DNA of 64,000 nucleotides from Camelus dromedarius. Its lineage: Eukaryota. A program made the translations under genes and the position numbers. The notes beneath the pieces are model-generated. The model was not told the DNA's origin. It was given only the letters and a program-made list of their open reading frames with translations, and did not search any database. The stretch covers positions 45,510,001-45,574,000 of the forward strand of contig NC_087436.1 of the NCBI RefSeq assembly GCF_036321535.1, given 5' to 3'. This document shows, piece after piece, positions 38,291 to 52,351 of this stretch (position 1 is the first letter of the stretch; each line of letters opens with the position of its first letter).

Positions 38291-40749
38291 TTTAGAGAAT
38301 TAAAAGTGAGAACTGAGTCAATCATTCTCATAGCAGGGCGAATCAGCTTCCATGGACTGAGTTTTTCCAAAACTAAGAGGTATGAAAATGACTTGAATGA
38401 GAAATTTTCATTGTGGCGATGAGCCATCAAAAAAGCAAACATTTTAATAATCTGTAAATTTGGGGATAATAGAACTTAGTAGTTTAAGTCAGTGTTTTGT
38501 TCAGTCAAAATTGTAAGCTCTTCAACTGGTCTCAAACCATTTGCAGAAAAGAATCTAAGGCTTTGCATTCTTCATAGGGCCTGGAGCGTGGGCTACTGCT
38601 GTTACCGACTCTCAGTAAGTTGTTGTGGAATGTCCCTTTACATGTTAACTGTTAAAATTATAATCAAAGAGGTTATCTAGGAAACATTAGAACAACTAGT
38701 CATTATAGAAGAATTTACTGTGGTATTTTTATGGTGTCCAAGAGGTGACCTTTATGCATAGAGTTATTCATATTTTGTTAAACTGTAAGTACTTCTTGAA
38801 GACTTTAATATATTCATTAAAAAGTATTCTACTTGGTTGCAATTAAGTAGAATTATGGAAGGCATGGAAGTAGTCATGGAAGGCACTTGGCCACAAGGAC
38901 ATGCTCAGTGTCATTCAGATATTGCTAAAACTTTGAGTATCTGTTGATAACTGTAGTAATTCATAATAAATATTGTCTCTGGGTTGCAATTAAAAAGTGC
39001 ACAGAACTGAAGGCAGAAAACCATCTAGACAGTTGAAAAGCTCTAGACCCTCAGACTTGACGTTTGTTCTCTTTAGCAGAGTAAGTGGTAGAGATTGGTC
39101 CAGATTTGATACTTCAGTGCACAAAAGCTTAGAAGTGAGGAGCGGGAAGCAGCTGATCAATTGCAGAAATAAAGACTGAGTGCAAGTACAGGCTTCCTCT
39201 GGCTTCATCTTCTGCTGGAGAGAAAAAGGTAGGAGGGGCAGGGCGGGGTGGGGAGACACAACTTCTCCACTTTTCTGTGAAACGCAAAATCAAGTTTGGA
39301 GCTTCTAGAAAAGGGCTAGCCCTGTCTATCTCCAAAGTTGCATGGGGAATAAAGGACACAGGAGAAGTACTCCCCAAGGGAGAGGGCAAGTGAGTCAGCC
39401 CCATCCATGGCAGCCAGGGACTAGGGAAGTCACAGATGATTACCCCACGTTAGTATAGGGAACACCACAGGGTGACAGAACCATCCTCCATCCCCGAAGG
39501 TGTTTAATAAGTACTTAAAGGGGCAGGTTAAGTAAACTGTTCTGCCACAGAAGGGAAGGGACGGGACAAAGCCCTATCATATACTCAGATGTGACAAAAC
39601 AGTTTGTAACCACTTGGTAAATGTTGAGATTCTTTGCTATGAAAATTCAGCCAGGATAGAAATTGTTGCATATTGTTAGTGTTACCAGCTGAATGACAGG
39701 TTTCATTGACTTGGGAAGGCGACTAGAGTTAAAGAACCTGAAAAATACTTAGACAAATAAAGTTCAGTTCCACTTAAAACTTACAAGTTAAAGCACTTTA
39801 TTGGTAGGAAGAGTTGAATCAACTATATAGCCTTTCTCTTCTTTGCTTCCAAATCACTTCCAAAAAGAGACAGAGAGTAGACATATAAGAGAAAAAGTCC
39901 AGATCCAGCAGAACAAAAGGAAAAAATTTTATGTGCATGGTTATTCTCTAAAAAATGTGTCTGTAAGCCAAAATAAAGGTCATCTTTAACAGGCAAAAAT
40001 ACTTTGGAAAGACGATAGATTTAAATCAGGGAAGCAGTGATACTGAGGTCACTGTGACTGTCTACACATGTCTGTCTGTCTCTGAAAAGTACAATATTGA
40101 CAGCCCAGAGCCCAAAGGGATAAAAATGTATATCCAATTCTCATTCAAATAAAAATGCATTAGGCTCAGGTCCAGAGAACATTCTTGGATTCGACTTTTT
40201 TTTTTTCAGCTTCCTAAATTTAACCAGCTGAAATTCTTCTTAAAACCAGGCTTTCATAAAAACAAAAATTGTTTTTTTCATTTTGTCTACTTTCTTAATT
40301 GAAAAAGTATACAGTTAAAGTCCCCATAATCTCACTTTTTTTTCTTAAAATTTACAAGTTGAATTTCCCTACCCTCCCACCTTGAAAGATAATACTTTTT
40401 GCTTGAGAGAATACTTTCTAGAATCTTAGAAATATGTATCTGTATCTATCTATCCATCCTTGTATCTGTATCAATATCTATAATTATAATTATACTGATG
40501 GAACAATGCAAACTTCATTAAAAAGATGGAAACTTGTGTCCTTGGTTTAAGTAGTCTATTGATATTATTTTTAGCTTAATGTCCTTAACCTGTGATAGTT
40601 TCTGGATTACAATGCAGTTACTCAAGTGGAAGTTGATCGAAGTCAGGTGGTGGGGAAGCAGGTGCCTGGGGGCAGTTAAGAGCACCTATGCTCAGTTTCA
40701 GACTCTGTTCTTATCTTGAACCTTCCTCCACCTGACTGGTCCTACCTAC

Positions 40750-41145
40750 ACAATGACCATTAATCACCCCTTATACAAACCAAAACCTACTTTTCAAACT
40801 TCTCAGTATGCAATTCCTTCTCTCTGGAATGTTCTTCCATTGTTGTCAAGGCCAGCTCTTTCTCATTTTTGTGATCTCGATTTATGTGCCAACCCTCCTG
40901 ATTATACTCATTCTCCATCTAAAAGAACTCCCCACCATCGAACATCATCTCTCCCAGTACTTTTTAGTTTTCTTTCAAAACACACTACAGTGGGTTGTTT
41001 TTACCTATTTGTTGGTCTGTCTTCCCCTACTCAACAGAACAAGCTCTGTGAGGCTTACCGCAGTGACCATTTTTTTCAGTACTGTGTATCCATCATTTAG
41101 CATAAGGTCTGGCAGGTGACAGGTTCCAGTGAGTATTGTGGAATT
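40750..41145 (+). mobile_element. L2 fragment
   Basis: tatgcaattccttctctctggaatgttcttcc...aagctctgtgagg...tgtatccatcatttagcataaggtctggca. Confidence 0.7.
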
Positions 41146-42041
41146 AGCAAGATGTTTATATCATTCGCACAAATCCACAAGCATTATATAAATAGCTTGC
41201 TTTACAATCATGAGGCCATGAAGAAAGAGAAGGTTGCTGTTTGACTTTTATTATTGGGTATGTTTTACCAAATTAAAATTTACTAGTCAATTTCTAGTAG
41301 CAGTTTTCTCAGTAGTAAATTACAGAGCATGTTGTATTACTAAAATGGGCTACCACTCTTGAGAAACCCAAGCGACAAGGGGTAAGAATCACTCCATGCA
41401 TTTTTGTAATGACTTGGCAGAAGCTATGGGATGAAGGAAAGAATTGTACTCACTCTAATTGTAGATCTGCTATTTTTAGTCATTTATTAGTAACTTCTTT
41501 TCTTAAGAGCCTCTAAGGGCCTCCATTTTATTTTATTTTATTTTATTTTTTTACCTAGAAAAGGCAATAATTTCTTGTCATTGGAATAATGTTGGTGATA
41601 CGTGGCATGCAGTTAAAACCTACCATAGTTATATAAATGAGTCTGCAGTCTTGTTATTTTGAAATTAATGAAAAGGGAGCACATGCAGCTGGCTGCCTGG
41701 GAATTCTAGGCATCTGTGAGCCCACTGCCAATTGTGTTTGTTCCACAGATTTGTTATTGTCTCAGAGTGGGTTACCGAGGAATCTATGTAATGTTAGTAA
41801 AAGTGTTCTGTGAATTGCAAAGCACCAAATTTATGGTCTCATTACTATTATTACTGTACAGTTAAAAAATAGATTCTGTTGATAAATGAGAGAAATCTAT
41901 TCATAATGACTATTAGCTTTTAACAATTTAATTTAGGTAGACTTACTAGAAGCATAAGCCTAACTGACATGGATATAATAAGATCTTCAGTAAAGTCAAA
42001 ATAACTTCTAAAAAACCTTGGACAACGCTAATGCTTCATAA

Positions 42042-42491
42042 TGTAACTCAGCAGGACCCTATGTGGCCTTCCTGGGACAGACCCCTCCCCCATATCCTTA
42101 GCACCTCTCTGAAGTACCTGCATAATAGAATCTGATGCGCATTTCCTGAGTTTTACAAATGCTAAAACCGCTACCAAGTGGAAGAAATTAACTGCTTGAT
42201 GACAGTGAGCACATAAACCCCAGACCTAGTCTGATGATTAATATTGTTAACTCCTGTTACCTGACCATTAACCAGAGAATTGTGCACGAGCTCCTGGGAC
42301 GCCCCACCTCAGTTTGCCTTTAAAAGTGCTTTGCTGCACGCTGTCAGGCTTTTCGAGCATTAGCTGCCTCGGACGCCCTTCCTCCTACAGCATCCTTCAG
42401 TAAGTGCTGCCCTTTCCTTCGCCACAACCCAGTGTCAGTGGGTTGGCTTCACTGCGCACAGGTCAGCGGACCCAAGTTTAGTTTGGAAACT
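42042..42491 (+). mobile_element. ERV1-like solo LTR
   Basis: Starts tgtaac; GC-richer; tttaaaa TATA-like motif; 3' end gcggacccaagtttagtttggaaac typical of ERV1 U5. Confidence 0.75.
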
Positions 42492-44574
42492 GAAAACGTC
42501 CTTCTCACCAGGTAGTAGAATGTGAGTTTGTTTGCTCCTTCAGATTGACTTTAACCTCTGCTTTCCAACTTTGCCCCAGAGAATGTTAGTCACAGTGGCA
42601 AACTTCTTAACAGGAAGCCATAGAGTGCAAAATCGCTAAAGGCAACCAGTCAGTAATCCAGGCTTATATTCAACCAAGATGGATTTAATCCAGGCTCAGA
42701 GTCAAAGAATCACCGAATTCTAGTGCTGGAAGGAACTAAAATTGACTCATATTAACCCAAAAGTCTAGTCTAAAGTTCTGCTGATTTCAAGCCTTCTAAG
42801 AAAACCAAAGAAATTAGTTTTACTATATTTCTTGACCTATAACACCAGATCATAAAACTTCCAAAGGTACCATTCTTCCTGCCAGGCTTTGACGTGTGTA
42901 CTTATTACCATGGTGCCCTTGGCTTTCCAAGCAGGCAAGAAGAAAGGGAGGAATTCTGCATTTATGTGAATTCCACAGCTCTTTAAATGACAGTCCCAAA
43001 GAACTGGAGGTTTCTGCGATAAAGTTTTCTTTTCAGGCCTCTGTTTCTTCTTTTCTACTGTTCCCATCTTCCCCTACCCCTATTTATCTCTGCTGTCTAT
43101 TAGGATAGAGGTGGACATGGTGTGGTTGTCATTTAGCTGCTGATTTTGTTAGTCAATTTAGCCTCAAACAGCAGCTTTGCAAATAAACATTTGAGGATCT
43201 GAAACCACAGAGGTAAAACTCAAAACTACAGCTGACCATCAGCCAGCTATTCAGAGGATAAAATGCTGTTCAGAGAGTAAATTGTTGTTCGTGTGGTTAT
43301 TGGGTGCAGCTGGTATAATTAGGGGTCACTGGCCGATCCTACAGAATTATTCTGGGTAAAGAAAAAAAATATTCACCAACTGGTGGGAAGACTGCCTCTC
43401 CAGTCTTTAATTCAATTTATGAGGAAGTGCTGATTGGTCTAATTTAGGTGACTATCAGTCAGTGGAATAAATAATCAGTCCTAGCTTGGTTTATGGTAGG
43501 ACAAATTTTCCTTATTCCTACTTACACATTTCTAATGTCTTCAATAAGGCATTCAGTATAAAGTGAACATTTACTAAAGGCAAACCTACTGTTACGGGAA
43601 TTCTACCCAGAACTATCAGCACAGCCTTGAACTTTACCATCAATTCAACTTAAATATGAAACTTGAAGTATTACATTTATGTATCTATTCCTAATGCAGG
43701 ATTCCCAGCTCCAGGGAAAACATCTGAGGTCATTCATGGCCTGCCAAAAAGTGGAATGGGAATTTGAGATACTCGTCTAGAAAGCTGAGACCAAAATAAC
43801 ACTTAGAATTTCAGATACCTAGAATCCTATGAGACAGCATTAACAGAAACAAGAAAGCGCTGAGCTACATTTTCTGAAGGGGTGCATGCGGTTTGTGAAT
43901 GTGCGTCTCTGCGGTCACTACTTTGAAGAGCGTGCTGTAGGTATCTTTCATGTTAACCCAGACTTAATCATTCTTATTATCATTGGTCAACAGATTGATT
44001 AAATGAACATCCTAACCACCTATCCAAGTTCAGAAGAAAAGTTCATTTTCCATCTATACTCACTGTTTTACATCTAATTGAAGTTCTTCTTGTGAGACTA
44101 AAGAAGGCAGCGGTTAATTCTTAGAAAAAACCTCAGATAAAATTATGGTCCACCTTCTCTCTTTCTGGTTGCCTTTGATAATGCTTCACAGATCTAATGT
44201 GTTGACCCTTTGTTCATCTTTGTGGCTCTTCTCTAAATTTTAAGTTGTCTCTGGTACCTGGTGTGGACCAGACCCTCGGCGGGGGATGGACGATTACTGT
44301 TCTTTTCTGGCACCCTTGATGGAGGTGGGTTGTTAGCGGAGGAGGAAGGGAAGAGATCGCTCTAGGGCGGTCCCTCCATAGCTTGGCTTCTTTGCCAATC
44401 AGGCCTTGACCTGCTGCCCAGCTTATCCATTTTAAAATTTTGAATTTTCAGTGCCTTCCCTCCTTCCCTGGGCCACTACCTGCTACCCCAAACTGCACTT
44501 ATATTCAGCTTCCTTACCTGTGTTTCTGCCTCCTCATCAGATTTGCCAGTTCAGTTACGGTTTCGGTCCTGCGT

Positions 44575-44750
44575 GATGCTGACCTTGGCTCTGGACTGAG
44601 GCCAGTTTGGTCGCTTACCTGTCGGGCGGCCTTGGGCAAGTGATTTCACCTTGCATAGTTTCCCCATCTGGAAATGAGGGTGGGGCACACGCCTAGTGTA
44701 GCTGGTGTGAACACTGACGGAGAAATCCGCGTCTCATTCTTAGCACCACC
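44575..44750 (+). mobile_element. MIR
   Basis: ggccttgggcaagtgatttcacc...gtttccccatctggaaatgagg. Confidence 0.65.
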
Positions 44751-46497
44751 CCTGAAGAGTCCTAAGTCACCTGGACTCTGCAGAATTAAAACATCTCATT
44801 TGTTAGGCAGATTATTTTCAGCGACTTCCTTGATAGCCTTAAGGTGATTCTCTTACCTTCACCTGGTCATACATCCGCAAAATGAAGGAGTGTCCTGGGT
44901 TCTATTTTCCAGCTGTATTAGTGAATATAAGTAAAAGGAAGGACCTCATGTTTTTTTAGCCTGCATTCAAAGCCCTGCTCTGTTCTGTCCCCAAACTCCC
45001 TCTTCTGCCCTATTGTTAAACACAACACTTATGCCAAACTGGACTAATCCTCTGTTTCTGGATGAGCACCGTCTAGCCTGTGTTTCACACCCTTCCTTCA
45101 TTCTGGATGTCCCATGCCTGATCCCCACCCTTCCCAACCCTGACACAGTGCAAATCCTACCAGACCCCAAATCCTACAGGAGGCCATGTTCTCTTACGGC
45201 CTCATAATCCCTCCCTCCGCTGACTTAGCACAATCTTTTAAATGACTATTAACGACTGATCGTGTTCTTTCATGTGTGGTAGTTACTGCTAGTTAGTAGA
45301 AGCTGAGTGCAAGAAAGGGTTTATTTGATGCTTCTGTCCCCAAATGTGCTTCAGATGGGGCTTGGCACATGGGAGGTCTCAGCGATGGAGTACCAGAGGA
45401 AGGAAAATACCGTGAGGACCAGAACCAGACAGCAGTTGTGAAGTCAAATTTATTCTCTCTCACCATCCTATGTTCCTACTCACTGTGGGGGAGGCCTTCC
45501 CTGCCCACCGCACCTGATGGAGCCCTGTCACTCCTGGACCACCTGTTGTGCTTGGCTTTTGTGCGTTAACATCCTACTGCTTGGATGGTGGTGGAGAGCC
45601 TCTGGTGACTAGCTCCTTCTCTCTCTGGAACGTGGGTTTCATGAGCTTAAGGACGTCATCTTTTTGATGCTTAAAACCTTTAGCAAGAATTCAGTCAGCA
45701 TTCCTGATTCCTGAACAAGTAAATGAATAACTGAAGTAATTATAGGATTTACTCTGCTAAAGAATGGATATTACCAGTTCTTTTCTACTAAAGCTATATA
45801 AACAGGTTTTCTGATCACTTATTTTGGAGGTTTAGAGGTTACATTTTTAGACTAATTTTAAGAAATGGAAGCCCTTCCAGGAATGGGGTCTAGAGGCGTT
45901 CAGCATGGTCCCGAGCCTGATGCACCCTCACAGGCTGCCCTGCAATCCAGCCTCTAACACAACCAGGCTGTCTCAAACCCCTTGTAATAGAATTGTTTGC
46001 TTTTGTACCAAGAAGGTCGAGAAAAGCACCAAAATCCATCTGTGGCATGTGCCAAGGAGATGTAACATGTGCTGTGAGAGATGCTAAGTCCTTAGGCAGT
46101 TATTATCTAAAATGAATAAACGTGTCCGTGGGGCTTGTGGCGGGTTCACGTGTGCTAAATGGGCCTGTTACAGGGTCGAGCTCACTTTCCTTACTGAGGA
46201 GCAGAAAATCTGGTGAAGTTGTTGAAGGCACAAGCACAGAGTCCGGAAGCTAAGAAGAAAAACTTTGAGTACTAAAAAAAAAAAAAAAAAAAACCTGCAA
46301 AAGACTTGTTCTATTTAAAAAGAAAGAAAAGAAACTAACTATACCAAATAACTGTGAGATGAGGTTTCAAAAGTGTAGTCAGAGCCAAGAAACGTTTTAT
46401 TTTAATTTGGTGAGTTTAACTTTTTCTTTCCTATCTTAATTACCTACTTTCGATACCAAAGGAGTATATTGGCAAGTAACAACTACTTTTTAACTCT

Positions 46498-46705
46498 TAT
46501 TTTTTAGTGAAGTGTAGTCAGTTTACAGTGTTAGTTTCTGGTGTACAGCAAAGTGATTCCGTTATTCATATACACATATATTTCCAGATTCTTTTCCATC
46601 ACAGCTCATTACAAGAAGTTGAATATAGTTCCCTGTGCTATACAGTAGGTCCTTGTTTATCTGTTTTATATATAGTAGCGTGTATCTGTTAATCCCAAAC
46701 TCTTT
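46498..46705 (-). mobile_element. L1 3' end
   Basis: gaagtgtagtcagtttacagtgttagtttctggtgtacagc...aatatagttccctgtgctatacagtagg. Confidence 0.88.
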
Positions 46706-47149
46706 GGGACTTTGCTCCCTAAGCAGATGTTGGAGTGAAGTAAAAGGTTAAACAGAATAACAGGCGAGAGGCTGAGGAGGTGGCCCTGCCCTGCCTTTCT
46801 CTCAGGCTCTGGTGCTCCTCTAAGCCCCGTCCTCCCGAAGCATCTCACTTCACCTCTTTCACTGTGTGCCCACGTGTGATGTATCACTCAGTGCTTTGCA
46901 TACAAACTCAATTCCTGTGTATATCTTAGAGTGTACCATTTTAAGGAAATGGAAATGCTTTTGCTATGTTTTCAAAGTAGGATGAGGCTGTCCTTGAAGT
47001 TTGAGTTTTATCTGCACAGCACCAGGCGCCCAGGGGACTTTAGTAAATATTTGAAGTGTTGAATGAACCCTGCACAGAGGGGGAACCCTTAGGCCACTTC
47101 AGGTCACAATGGGACACTCTTTATCAGTACTTGTCTGACTTGATTGCTC

Positions 47150-48270
47150 AGTGACCCTCTCTTTTCTTTGACCTTTTTTCCCTGTCACTCCTTGGTTTTC
47201 TTCTAACCTTTTGGCTGTCTCTTACTCTTTCCTGCTTGTTTCTTTTCCACCTCGCCCTTAAATGGTGTTGCCTCCCTCGCACTTCGGCTCTACCTTGACC
47301 TTCAGAGTATTCCTCTTGGATGACCTCATTCACATCCACAGCTTAAACCACCTCCACGCAGATGTGGATGACTCCCAAATAGATATCAGACAGGCCCAGA
47401 TATTTCCAAGTCCCACACCCAATGGATTTCTTTCAGTCTCTGCCAGTAAGTCCTGTATTCCTATTAACTGTGTTTATTAGTAAATACTAGGAATGCCACT
47501 ACTCCCCACCCACAAAACTAACACCAGCTACCAGGTCAGACAAACCCAAAACCTCCCCTCTTTGGCCTTTCTCCCCACGTTAAATTAGTTGTTAGGACCT
47601 GCCTATTCTACCTCCTCTGTTGAATTCATTTCAGGTAACATAGGGGATGGTTACTCTGATGGGTCACCATCTTCCAAATGGCACTCACTGTCTATCTTCC
47701 CCTCACAAGAGAGGTCCAGGCATCTTCTCTTGAGAATTGCAGTTACCGGCCTCTCCACTTCCATCAAGTTACATTCCCCCCAGATGTCCCCCACATTCCT
47801 CTGGCCTAGTGAGCTTTCTAAAAATTGAGTCTAACTCTGCCCCTCCTGCCTCAACCCTCAGTGGCCCCCTGTGCCTTCAGGGTCAAAGGTTCAAATGTAG
47901 ACAGAAGTCATTAGTCCCCTGTAGACGGAAAAGTCATTCAAGTCATACCTCTTCCCAACTCTCCAACCTCATTTCCTCCTCCTTGGGTTTCTGGTTCTTC
48001 CAAACTCTTGTTCAGTCTCCGACATGCCCCACCAGATGCTTGTCCCACCGTGCTCCCTGCCTAAGCACTGTTCTCCTGTTCTTCTCCAGCTGTTCTAGTA
48101 TTCTTTTAAAACTGGTTCGTTCTGCAGGAAAGTTTGACTTCTGCCCTCCTTTTTATGCCTTCTTTTCCCCTCCGTACCTCTGAATATTTGGAAGACGTTG
48201 TAAAATTGTTGACTTGTCCATGTCACTAGACTGAGCACTTTGAGATTTGTCTCTGCGGCATCTGAAACAG
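47150..48270 (+). mobile_element. L2 fragment (about 1.1 kb)
   Basis: gatgacctcattcacatccacagcttaaaccacctccacgcagatgtggatgactcccaaat (L2 RT YADDSQ region) and a pyrimidine-rich L2 3' body. Confidence 0.75.
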
Positions 48271-49869
48271 CATAGACTGGTGTTTCTCAGAGGGGTCTTC
48301 AGGCCTTCCTATGTCACAATCATTTAGCCATTAACATTCATATTCCTGGGCCCTCTCCACCCCTGTGGGATCTAGAGAATCTGAATTTCTGGTTTTTTTT
48401 TTAAATGAACTCTCCAGGTAATTTTTATGAATATATGTATTCAATAAATAGTTTTGAATAAATAAATCAGCGGGAGCCTTTGATCCTATTTTTTATATTC
48501 ATATACGTTGTAGTAACTTGGGCTTGTGGCTGATAAATAACTTATCCTGTTTATAAAATATAATTTAATATTCTAGAGAAGAGATTGTCTGTGTCATAAG
48601 ATGAACTGGGGATTTAGAAGTCCTGTAGCCAGTTCTAATCAGTTTAAACATACAATTTGAACTCAGTTCAGATTAAAAAATAATCCACACAACTAGATTT
48701 AAGCAGCCCAGACTCTTCTCCTATGTCTTCTGGTGAGCACGTGACATCGCTTTTCTGGAACTCGGTTTCTCTCCGTGCAAATTCAAATCATAGCTCCAGG
48801 GGTCTTGTAGGAATTTGAAAACCATTGGGGCAGATATTTTATGTGTTTCCATTCATTATCCATTCAGTATTCAAGGTGCAGCCCCTAAACATGATATAAG
48901 AATTAGTGATTTAGGAGGCTTCCTTAACTATAAAAGATTCTGTTACATACAAAACTAAAAAACAGCGCAGCCAGAGCTTCCATATACAAGTGGGAGTATC
49001 TAGAGATCTTTATACTGCCTTAAACTTGCATACTATCTCCTTGAACAGAAATATGTATTTACCGATGTTTATAGGCATTTAAATGCTAATACAAGTACAC
49101 ACTCATAAACATAAATTTGCTGTCTTTGATATGGTTTATGGAATGGTTTATCGTTCTGTACATATAAACCAAGCTGAAAATCCCGGAGCCTGCCAGACAG
49201 GTTGTACCTTTGAGTAAGTATGGCTGTTGCAAATTTCAGCCCATGTGTTTGCTTACAGTGAACTATCCAGTCCCTGGTGGCTGATGCTTTTGGCTGGGTT
49301 GTGCAGTGCTTATTATTGTGTAACTTTGATTTGCCCCAAATTATCCACAAAACATTTTGTCCTTCTGATTTTCTTGGAAGTTACTCCATTGGGCCAGTGT
49401 GTCGCTTCTGCTGTAGCATCTGGGGCTCAATCATTTTTAATACTTGACCAATCACACTCAACTAGTTGTGAGAGTAGTTGTGGCCAGAATCCCTGGGCAG
49501 GGTGTAGAGAGTTTTTTGGGTTTTGTTTTCCTGCTGTTTTTTTTTGTTTTTTGTTTTTAACAACACAGTAGATGAGGTAGATCAGCATCTTTACAGAAGG
49601 AGGCTCTGCGAATGTCACTGGGTAAACATTTACATTTTGGAAGTAGTGGCTGGCTAGTTTCCACCCATGTTGTTACATTGCTGCAGAAATCCACATTACT
49701 GTCAGCAGCAACAGAACTTGATATATTCTATTCGGAGAAGTTTCAGTAGAAATTCAGTGTGTTGATTAGGAGTATGTTGGGCTGGAATGAATAGAAAAAT
49801 CAACAAACAGAACCTTAATTATTATGGGGATTTCCTTGTTGCATTCAACAAAATTCCAGAGCACACAAT

Positions 49870-50165
49870 CTAGAGCTGATAAAGTAGCTGGAGGAACCAA
49901 GCTCATTTCATCTTTCTGCGCCCCTGGCTTTCTCATACCTGTAAGATAGCTGCCACTAGGCATCAGGTCTGTGACAAGGCAGGAAAGAGAAGTGCAAAGG
50001 AGCAAAACTCCAAGGGGGCATGTCAGCCAAATCAAGCCTTCCCAGAAGTCCCAGCTGGCCACTTGGGTTTACTCATCACTGCCGGAACTCCATAGGTGGC
50101 TGTTCCTAGACCATTCGCTGGAAGGGAGCTGGGGAAAAGGGTATTGTGATTGGCAGTTCAGTCAC
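49870..50165. mobile_element. Old MaLR LTR (MLT1J/K-like) fragment
   Basis: aagatagctgcc...aagccttcccagaagtcccagc...gctggaagggagctggggaaa. Confidence 0.5.
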
Positions 50166-51039
50166 ACCACCATCCACAGACAGCTTCCCTAAGGATCTCT
50201 GTCATTGAAACTTGGGTTCCAATCAAAGGACATCTGTGGAGCACAGCCCTTGCTATAATGTTTGCCTAGTGGTATGGCATCTCTTGAGAGACTCAAGGAC
50301 TTTCCAGGAGATGACACCTGGGGACATTCTCTCCTCTCAGCTGGTGAGGAGCGAGAGCAATCCAGTATAGATGTGCCTCACTTGAGAAAACATATACCAC
50401 AATAACAAGATTCAATTTTTATAAGTAATCAAGAAATTTCTCTTAAGGAGGGAAGCTCCCCACATGTTCTCAAAATACACTTTAGTTTTAAAACAATTCA
50501 TACACAATTTTCCGAGAGTAAATCTGTTTCATAAAGCAAGATAAACCTGTACTTTAAAAAGGTTTCTTTTCACCTTCGAGGCATGAATAAAAAATTCATA
50601 AAATATAAAATCTTGGTGATTCAGTCACATACTTATTTATCCTCATCAGCAGTCTTTTGGGATCTTCAAAAATGTATTCCACACAAACTTAGAAATTTCC
50701 TTTACAAGTTATGCCTTGTTGGTCAGGAACAGGGATGAATGTTTTCTTGGTCCCAAAGAGGACATTACTACACACTACTGGTTGACACATGGTAGGAAGG
50801 AGTGTAATTTTACAGCCAAGAACATGATTGATAAGCACCAAAACCAATGAGGAAATAATTACACTTGTTACGTTCTCTATGCTCACAGGTTAAGTAGAGG
50901 GAAATAATTTGCAGAAGGCATCTGACTAACCTCATACTCCCATACATTGAGCATTAGACCATGTGATGAGTTCCTGTGAAATGACTCCCCAGCTGAGAAT
51001 GTTCAGCCTTGGGACTTCTGTGACCCCACTGCACATGCA

Positions 51040-51610
51040 TGCCATGTCCTCAGGTCCAGGCCTGCTCTTATCTAAAACCTGTGCCACTCATTTACTCAAG
51101 ACTTCAGCTCCCGCTTGAGTGAGCAATTGAGTGAGCAATCTTTATATAACACAAATAAAAGCATGTTGATTTCATCCATTTAAATTTCTCAATGGCTTCC
51201 TACTGCTCTTAGGATTAAAAAGAAACCTTTTAACATGGTCTGTAAGAGCCCTCATAATCATGCTTCCACCTGTTTCTTGGACCTTCAGCTCAAAACTCGT
51301 CAACCTACTCTTGGGATTTGAAGGTCAAGCACACTAAATCCCTTAGAGAGTTCGAATGTGCTTTCTCTCTCTTGCTTCTGTCTCTGCCCGTGCAATTCCC
51401 ATTCACTCGTCTAAATCTGGCTTAGAGTGCATCCTTATTGGAGTGTTTCCTTATTATCTATTCCTTCACTTTCCCATTTCCCTATTACCCTCAAAAGATT
51501 TTAAAGTCTCCAAGGGGCCAGGGAGTGTGTCTGCTTTGTTGACTTCCCTCCATGCCTTGCACAGTCAGTGCTTAATATTTGCTGACCAGCAATATGAAAG
51601 AATGAATGAA
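51040..51610 (+). mobile_element. L2 fragment
   Basis: caatggcttcctactgctcttaggat...ccttgcacagtcagtgcttaatatttgctga...gaatgaatgaa. Confidence 0.7.
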
Positions 51611-51831
51611 TCAAAACCCTCCTTACTTGCAGCCCAGATGAACTCTTAGCAATATAAATTCAGCAAAACTGTGTACTGTAAGCCAAAAGGCTTTGAAGAT
51701 TTTTATTAATTAGGGTGTAAGTAAATATCTTTGATCTCTGTTGTTAGACTTAACTGTCCTCCTTCGAGCAATTCCTGAAAAAGTATCTCTTTCAACTGAA
51801 ATAGCTCATTACTTATGAAGAAAAGTAAATA

Positions 51832-52058
51832 TAAAGGGATAAATTGGGAATTTGAGATTTGCAGATACTAACCACTATATATAAATGGATAAACGAGTTT
51901 CTTTATTGTACAGGGAACTTTTTTCAATATCTTATAACCTATAATGAAAAAGAACATGAAAATGAATATATATGTATGTATGACTGAACTACTATGCTGT
52001 AGAGCAAAAATTGGCACAATGTTGTAAACTGACTATACTTCAATTTTTTAAAAAAAGG
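51832..52058 (+). mobile_element. L1 3' end with TSD
   Basis: aagggataaattgggaatttgagatttgcagatac...tgactatacttcaat; flanked by aaagtaaata on both sides. Confidence 0.88.
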
Positions 52059-52351
52059 TAAAGTAAATACGTTATTGATTGGTTTCGGTTTTCTGTTTAA
52101 AGGGCAAGGAATTTTAGATTCACGTGTTTGTTAAATTCTCACACAGATGAGAAGCTTAGGAGATAAAGACTTGCCTTCTCATCATCAGTCCTAGCGCAGC
52201 TGCATTGCAATGTCTTGTTTCTGCATGGTTAACACAGTACAAGAGCCTGTCTGCCACATTTCCTTCCTTTTAGTTTTTCTTTCTTGTCAAAGTCTTTGCT
52301 GGTTGTAATGTACTGAATTTTTTTTTTTTTTGGTAAATATATTAACCAGAA

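Larger units (their letters stand above)
34890..40150 (+). mobile_element. Fossil CR1-clade ORF2 unit U6 (EN+RT)
   Basis: LELEV 34955-34969, PDII 34976-34987, LTGTW 35017-35031 (~ELE...DIIGITETW); RQKGGG 35110-35127; LCRLPIQ...SRAQEFILTVGDLNS 35350-35466 in one frame (~CYRPP.Q...SR.Q.LV.MGDFN); KKANILIICK 38429-38458 (~WKKANV.PIFK); DIAKTL 38918-38935 (~DFAKAF); LRFFAMK 39624-39644 (~LIKFADD); YVHGYSLKNV 39930-39959. Confidence 0.68.
40480..46490 (+). mobile_element. Fossil CR1-clade ORF2 unit U7 (EN+RT)
   Basis: YTDG 40491-40502, KKME 40520-40531, IDII 40558-40569 (~YTNA..NKMEEL...DII); LGMFYQ 41254-41271 (~VGVYYR); GNNFL 41563-41577 (~GDNFL); GILGICE 41700-41720 (~G.LG.SDH); PAPG..HLR 43705-43729 (~PGPDG.HPR); GLDLLP 44402-44419 (~AFDLVP); TIND 45245-45256; DLGV.VD.KL-like sequence near 46196-46236. 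Confidence 0.6.
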